Virus record (IMG/VR): IMGVR_UViG_3300027777_000031
Location: 1 to 64,000 of that record
Reading direction: 5' to 3' (one strand)
Origin: a virus
Length of the DNA stretch: 64,000 bases
Below, in pieces: positions 58,810 through 64,000 of the stretch; the stretch's first letter is position 1; each line of letters begins with the position of its first letter. Made by a program: the position numbers and the translations under genes. The notes below the pieces were generated by a model, which saw only the letters and a program-made list of their open reading frames with translations, ran no database searches and had not been told where the DNA came from.

Positions 58810-61800
58810 ATGTCTGATATTTCTAATCAATTAATTAAGGATTCATATAATTATGTCCTACAATCTGACCTATCAACCGGTAATATTTACCGTATTGGTG
58901 GGGGTATTCCCGTTAATCCAATATTTTTATCCGGATTAACAATTATCTCAAGTTTTAAATTTTCAAATGGTTCTGAAAGAGCAGGATATGTTTTAACATC
59001 AGATGGTTCAGGTAATGCAACTTGGAGTCCTGTTTCAAATCAAAAAATAATATTAAAAAAAATTGATTTAGGCACTAGATTAATTAATGGATTGGGTAAT
59101 GTTGTAGTTAATTTAGTTAATGTTTGGGATAGGTTAACTAATTCTATTATTGGTAAACAACTTTACTATTCCGGAGTTAAAGTTGATTATTATTTTACTT
59201 ACAATAATCCAAATAATGGTATTAGAACTAAAGAATTATGGACAACTCAAACATTTAATGTAAATCTCAATACATCATTTGCGTTTAGTGGTATTTGCAA
59301 TTATATTAGTCAAAATTATGAAACAACATTAGTGAATTTTTATTGTGAAATTTATTTAAATTTAAATCAAAATTATTTATCTCCAACACAAGTTAGATTA
59401 ACCAATCCACTATTTAATTCATTAAATCCGTACAAATATAGTAGAGGTAAAAATTATACAGGTGAGGCTGAGTTTGTACGAAGTAATAATAACTTACCAA
59501 AATCATTGAATTCTATTGAAAATAATTTTATAAATGGCTGGCAATATTATTACGACGTTGGAGCTTCAAAAGATATTGTGAAAAAAGTATATGATATAAT
59601 TTCAACACCTGAATTTTATGGTCCATTCTCGGCAGAGTCACAGTCAATATTAATTTTTGACACTCCATATTCAAATGAAAGTAGAGAGGTTATTAAAAAT
59701 AGTGTCTATGTTGAAACTTTAACCGGATTTTATTCAAAATTTAAAATACCGGTAAATCAACACGGATTTTTCGAATCTTGTGTAAAATTATTTAATAATT
59801 TTTATGGTAATTTATTGTATGATATTGTTAGTGGCTCTACACCTACAATTAATAGTCACGCATCAATAGATGGGTATAATTCATCATCATTCTATCAAAT
59901 GATTGACACTTATCGTATTTACCCCAAAGGAACACCAGGAATAATTTATTACACGGTTAATTTTAAATTAAATGATTTACTTTTTTCAATGGGAATAGAT
60001 AAACATCTAAAATATATTGGAAAATTTAGACAAAAGTCATATGTTCAAGTATTGCCGTATTATCAAAACGTTTATATATTAAAAATAAGTGTTAATGGGG
60101 ATAATAATCCACTATTATTTATTAATAATTTAATTAATAATTATCTTCAAATTAATGACTCGTCACTAAAAAGTAAAATCATCGATAACACCCCTAATCC
60201 TTATTGGACTAACGGGAATTATGGTTATATGGCTAATGAAAATTATTTTTATAATTATAACCCTTATGGTCCGTATTTGGTAATTCAATCAACGGATGAA
60301 AAGATGTATCAACTATCTCAAAACCCAATTTATACTGCGAGTAGTGTGGATACCATTTATATTGGGGGTGGTTTTACTAATTATAATCACAACGGAGCAA
60401 ATTATATTATTAACTTAAATACGGATGGCTCAGTTAATTCCACATATAATTCAGGATTTGATAGTTATGTTCAGGTAATTGTAATACAATCAGACAATAA
60501 ACTATTAGTTGGCGGTAATTTTTATAGTTATAACGGAACCGGAGCAAGTAGAATTATTAGATTAAACTCAGATGGTTCAGTTGATTCATCATTTGTTTAT
60601 GGTTCGGGATTCAATGGTAAAACAACTGTTCAAACAATTGCAATACAATCAGATAATAAAATATTGGTTGGCGGTGGTTTTAATAATTATAACGGAACCG
60701 GAGCAAATTATATCATTAGATTAAATTCAGACGGTTCGGTTGATTCATCATTTGTTTATGGTGATGGATTTGATGACCTTGTTAATATAATTACAATACA
60801 ATCAGATAATAAAATATTGGTTGGCGGTGGTTTTAATAATTATAACGGAACCGGAGCAAATAGAATTATTAGATTAAACTCAGACGGTTCGGTTGATTCA
60901 TCATTTGTTTATGATGATGGATTTGATAGTGATGTTCAAACAATTGTAATACAATCAGATGGAAAAATATTGGTTGGAGGTTATTTTAGGAATTATAACG
61001 GAACCGGAGCAAATAGAATTATTAGATTAAACTCAGACGGTTCGGTTGATTCATCATTTGTTTATGGTTCGGGATTTGATAACCTTGTTAATATAATTAC
61101 AACACAATCAGACAATAAAATATTGGTTGGTGGTTATTTTAATAGTTATAACGGAACCGGAGCAAATTATATCATTAGATTAAACTCAGATGGTTCAATT
61201 GATTCATCATTTGTTTATGGTTCGGGATTTGATAACCTTGTTAATATAATTACAACACAATCAGACAATAAAATATTGGTTGGTGGTTATTTTAATAGTT
61301 ATAACGGAACCGGAGCAAATTATATCATTAGATTAAACTCAGACGGTTCGGTTGATTCATCATTTGTTTATGGTGATGGATTTAATACGTTTGTTCAAAC
61401 AATTGCAACTAAAGTAATAACAAATTCAATTAATGTTGACGCAATTTATAAAGGAACATCATTTAAACCATTTATTTATCCATTAAATTTAAATCAATTA
61501 ACTTTAGAAGTTCCGGTAACAGATGATAATAATCAGTTTTTTATGGATGGAACCAAAGAATTAAGATTTATAATAAAATATATTAAATTACAACAATATG
61601 ATGTTTCAACGGCACAAATAAAAGTAACAACTATTAGAAATGAAACTTCTGATAATAAATTTTTTACATTAACCCTATCTACGAATGACTCATTTGAAAG
61701 CACTGTTTTAGGTGAAATAAGTCATACTAATCGAAAACAATTTAGACCTGGAAATGTTGAAATATATTTATCATTTTTTGATACCAATACTAATGAAACA

Positions 61801-61893
61801 AGTTTAATACCGAATTATAAAATAATCATTGCAAAATATGGTGATAATGAGGTATTTAAATTAATAAAGGGTCCAAACGTTATCAATATTTAA
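58810..61893 (+). CDS. Fibre-like protein with delta-60 (DUF5122-type) beta-propeller repeats
   Basis: GYVLTSDGSGNATW fibre motif; about 7 repeats of IQSDNKILVGG-x-F-x-x-YNG...IIRLNSDGSVDSSF. Confidence 0.8.
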   Translation: MSDISNQLIKDSYNYVLQSDLSTGNIYRIGGGIPVNPIFLSGLTIISSFKFSNGSERAGYVLTSDGSGNATWSPVSNQKIILKKIDLGTRLINGLGNVVVNLVNVWDRLTNSIIGKQLYYSGVKVDYYFTYNNPNNGIRTKELWTTQTFNVNLNTSFAFSGICNYISQNYETTLVNFYCEIYLNLNQNYLSPTQVRLTNPLFNSLNPYKYSRGKNYTGEAEFVRSNNNLPKSLNSIENNFINGWQYYYDVGASKDIVKKVYDIISTPEFYGPFSAESQSILIFDTPYSNESREVIKNSVYVETLTGFYSKFKIPVNQHGFFESCVKLFNNFYGNLLYDIVSGSTPTINSHASIDGYNSSSFYQMIDTYRIYPKGTPGIIYYTVNFKLNDLLFSMGIDKHLKYIGKFRQKSYVQVLPYYQNVYILKISVNGDNNPLLFINNLINNYLQINDSSLKSKIIDNTPNPYWTNGNYGYMANENYFYNYNPYGPYLVIQSTDEKMYQLSQNPIYTASSVDTIYIGGGFTNYNHNGANYIINLNTDGSVNSTYNSGFDSYVQVIVIQSDNKLLVGGNFYSYNGTGASRIIRLNSDGSVDSSFVYGSGFNGKTTVQTIAIQSDNKILVGGGFNNYNGTGANYIIRLNSDGSVDSSFVYGDGFDDLVNIITIQSDNKILVGGGFNNYNGTGANRIIRLNSDGSVDSSFVYDDGFDSDVQTIVIQSDGKILVGGYFRNYNGTGANRIIRLNSDGSVDSSFVYGSGFDNLVNIITTQSDNKILVGGYFNSYNGTGANYIIRLNSDGSIDSSFVYGSGFDNLVNIITTQSDNKILVGGYFNSYNGTGANYIIRLNSDGSVDSSFVYGDGFNTFVQTIATKVITNSINVDAIYKGTSFKPFIYPLNLNQLTLEVPVTDDNNQFFMDGTKELRFIIKYIKLQQYDVSTAQIKVTTIRNETSDNKFFTLTLSTNDSFESTVLGEISHTNRKQFRPGNVEIYLSFFDTNTNETSLIPNYKIIIAKYGDNEVFKLIKGPNVINI
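60350..61410 (+). repeat. Tandem 153-nt (51-aa) coding repeats
   Basis: AACGGAACCGGAGCAA recurs at about 60532, 60691, 60844, 60997, 61150 and 61303. Confidence 0.9.
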
Positions 61894-61992
61894 GACCCAT
61901 AATGAGGTGATGTCCGTTAAGGATAATGAGTTACCGTAAAAAGGGGGTAGTTGTTATTAATATTCTATCCCCATATTTTTAAAAAAAAATTA

Positions 61993-64000
61993 ATGAGATA
62001 TAATATTAAACTAAATTGGGGTTACTCAACCGATGTTAAACCAATAACATCACAAATTGGTGATAGATTTTTAGAAATCGATACTCAATTAGAATATGTA
62101 TTTTTAGATTACAATCAGTGGAGTTTAATAGGTTCAAATACAAACACATTCTCCGGTGGAACCGTTTCAGGTGCAACCAATTTTACAAACGGTTTAAGTG
62201 CTAACACAATATCGGCAACAACTTATTATAATTTACCACAAGATATTTATGTTACCGGAGGTACCTATTCATCAGGAACAGCGATATTTACTAACAATAC
62301 CGGAGGAACATTTAATGTTACAGGTTTTAAAACAAATGATGTTTTTGTAACAGGAGGTACATATTCAGCAGGAACAGCAATATTTACTAACAATACCGGA
62401 GGAACATTTAATGTTACAGGTTTTAAAACAAATGATGTTTTTGTAACAGGAGGTACATATTCTAATAACAAATTTACCTACACTAATAATACAGGTGGAA
62501 CTTTTAGCGTATTATTCAATACGGTTACGGGATTAACAATCAATGGTGATTTAACTGTTACCGGAAATACATCACTACAATCGTTAAGTGCAAGAACAAT
62601 ATCCGCAACAACTTATTATAATATTCCAATTAAATATTATGCAGAATATTCGGGTTCACCAACGACATCACCAATTGTTTTATCAACCAATAGTATTGCT
62701 ATTGGAGATGGTGCTCAAGCAAATAGTTCTTCTATGTTTGTTGTGGGTTTAAATGTCGGTTATCAATCAACGGGTGTTACAGGCTCAAACTTTATTGGTC
62801 AAAATGCCGGTCAACAAGCATCAAATTCAAGTAATTCAAATTTCTTTGGTGTAAATTCCGGTTATCAAGCGTCAAATTCAAACGATTCAAACTTTATTGG
62901 TAGACAATCAGGTTATCAATCAACAGGTACAACTTACTCAAACTTTATAGGTTATTCTGCCGGTCAACAAGCATCAAATTCAAGTTATTCAAATTTTATT
63001 GGTCAAAATTCCGGTTATCAAGCAACAAGTTCAATTTATTCAAACTTTATTGGTATACAATCAGGTTATCAATCAACAGGTGTTACATCCTCAAACTTTA
63101 TTGGTTTTAATGCCGGTTATGTAGCGTCAAATTCAAGTTATTCGAATTTCTTTGGATATCAATCGGGTCAACAAGCATCAAATTCAACTTATTCAAATTT
63201 CTTTGGTCAAAATTCCGGTTATCAAGCGTCAAATTCAACTTTTTCAAATTTTATTGGTCAAAATTCCGGTTATCAATCAACAGGTACAACTAACTCAAAC
63301 TTTATTGGTCAAAATGCCGGTTATGTAGCGTCAAATTCAACTTTTTCAAATTTTATTGGATTTCAATCGGGTCAACAAGCATCAAATTCAAGTTATTCAA
63401 ATTTCTTTGGTGTAAATTCCGGTTATCAAGCGTCAAATTCAAACGATTCAAACTTTATTGGTAGACAATCAGGTTATCAATCAACAGGTACAACTTACTC
63501 AAACTTTATAGGTTATTCTGCCGGTCAAGGAGCAACAGTTTCAAGTAATTCAAATTTTATTGGTCAAAATGCCGGTTATCAAGCAACAGGTGTAACTAAC
63601 TCAAATTTCTTTGGTTTTCAATCAGGTCAAGGAGCAACAGTTTCAAGTTATTCAAACTTCTTTGGTCAAAAATCAGGTTTCTTGGCTACAGGGGTAACTT
63701 ATTCAAACTTCTTTGGTTACCAAGTTGGTTCAGGTATGACGGGTACTAATAATATTATAATTGGGACAAATATTTCATTACCAATCAATACAAATAACTC
63801 TATTAACATAGGTGGTGTTTTATTTGGTACCGGTGCATATAGTACAACATCAGGTAATCCATTTACTGGTGCAACAAGTACAGGTAAAATTGGTATTAAT
63901 GTTGTCACACCATCAGAGGCCTTACACGTATCAGGAAATACATTAGTTCAAGGTTCTTTAACCGCAAATACAATATCAGCAACAACATATCAAAACTTAC
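61993..64000 (+). CDS. Tail-fibre-like repeat protein, truncated by the window end
   Basis: Open frame from ATG 61993 (MRYNIKLNWG...) with no stop seen to 64000; SANTISATTY motifs, 32-aa VTGGTYS repeats, 14-aa SNF-x-G-x-x-S/AG-x-Q repeats. Confidence 0.8.
   Translation, partial: MRYNIKLNWGYSTDVKPITSQIGDRFLEIDTQLEYVFLDYNQWSLIGSNTNTFSGGTVSGATNFTNGLSANTISATTYYNLPQDIYVTGGTYSSGTAIFTNNTGGTFNVTGFKTNDVFVTGGTYSAGTAIFTNNTGGTFNVTGFKTNDVFVTGGTYSNNKFTYTNNTGGTFSVLFNTVTGLTINGDLTVTGNTSLQSLSARTISATTYYNIPIKYYAEYSGSPTTSPIVLSTNSIAIGDGAQANSSSMFVVGLNVGYQSTGVTGSNFIGQNAGQQASNSSNSNFFGVNSGYQASNSNDSNFIGRQSGYQSTGTTYSNFIGYSAGQQASNSSYSNFIGQNSGYQATSSIYSNFIGIQSGYQSTGVTSSNFIGFNAGYVASNSSYSNFFGYQSGQQASNSTYSNFFGQNSGYQASNSTFSNFIGQNSGYQSTGTTNSNFIGQNAGYVASNSTFSNFIGFQSGQQASNSSYSNFFGVNSGYQASNSNDSNFIGRQSGYQSTGTTYSNFIGYSAGQGATVSSNSNFIGQNAGYQATGVTNSNFFGFQSGQGATVSSYSNFFGQKSGFLATGVTYSNFFGYQVGSGMTGTNNIIIGTNISLPINTNNSINIGGVLFGTGAYSTTSGNPFTGATSTGKIGINVVTPSEALHVSGNTLVQGSLTANTISATTYQNL
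62750..63730 (+). repeat. Tandem 42-nt (14-aa) coding repeats, roughly 23 copies
   Basis: TCAAA(C/T)TT(T/C)(A/T)T(T/A)GG recurs every 42 nt. Confidence 0.85.

Noticed and set aside
60350-61410. Diversity-generating retroelement template/variable repeat pair
   Set aside because: The repeats are tandem in-frame propeller blades and no reverse transcriptase lies in the window.
1-64000. Bacterial chromosome with an LPS or capsule locus
   Set aside because: The glycan genes run directly into T4-like head, terminase and baseplate genes with similar composition, and no host housekeeping operons are present.
1-64000. Stop-codon reassignment as in Lak-type phages
   Set aside because: Core genes are full length in the standard code, coding density is high, and TAG and TGA end genes at sensible positions.

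Overview
AT-rich segment of a large T4-like (huge/jumbo) tailed phage in the standard genetic code. Repeated TTTG-N19/20-TAnnTTTG promoters, a Bacteroidetes-type bS21, a DUF4494-like protein and a D-S/T-rich lipoprotein point to a Bacteroidetes host. 1-17 kb: glycan and nucleotide-sugar cluster (GT10, GT2, GT4-like, gmd, fcl, GDP-mannose epimerase, DegT aminotransferase, FkbM) plus phoH. 17-43 kb: sigma-like factor, baseplate-like genes and the head module (major capsid, scaffold, prohead protease, portal, large terminase) with rpsU inserted in the opposite orientation. 43-51 kb: a Clp ATPase lacking its N-domain, peptidases, and cell-wall-active proteins that share an N-terminal leader. 51.5-56 kb is an RNA island: tmRNA with an unusually long tag, smpB, a ~870-nt highly structured GOLLD-like RNA, and an array of tRNA-shaped RNAs that keep D and T arms but have no usable anticodon, two of them circularly permuted. 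That array is the most novel-looking signal. The window ends in repeat-rich fibre-like genes. All family calls come from motif recognition by eye; no searches were run.
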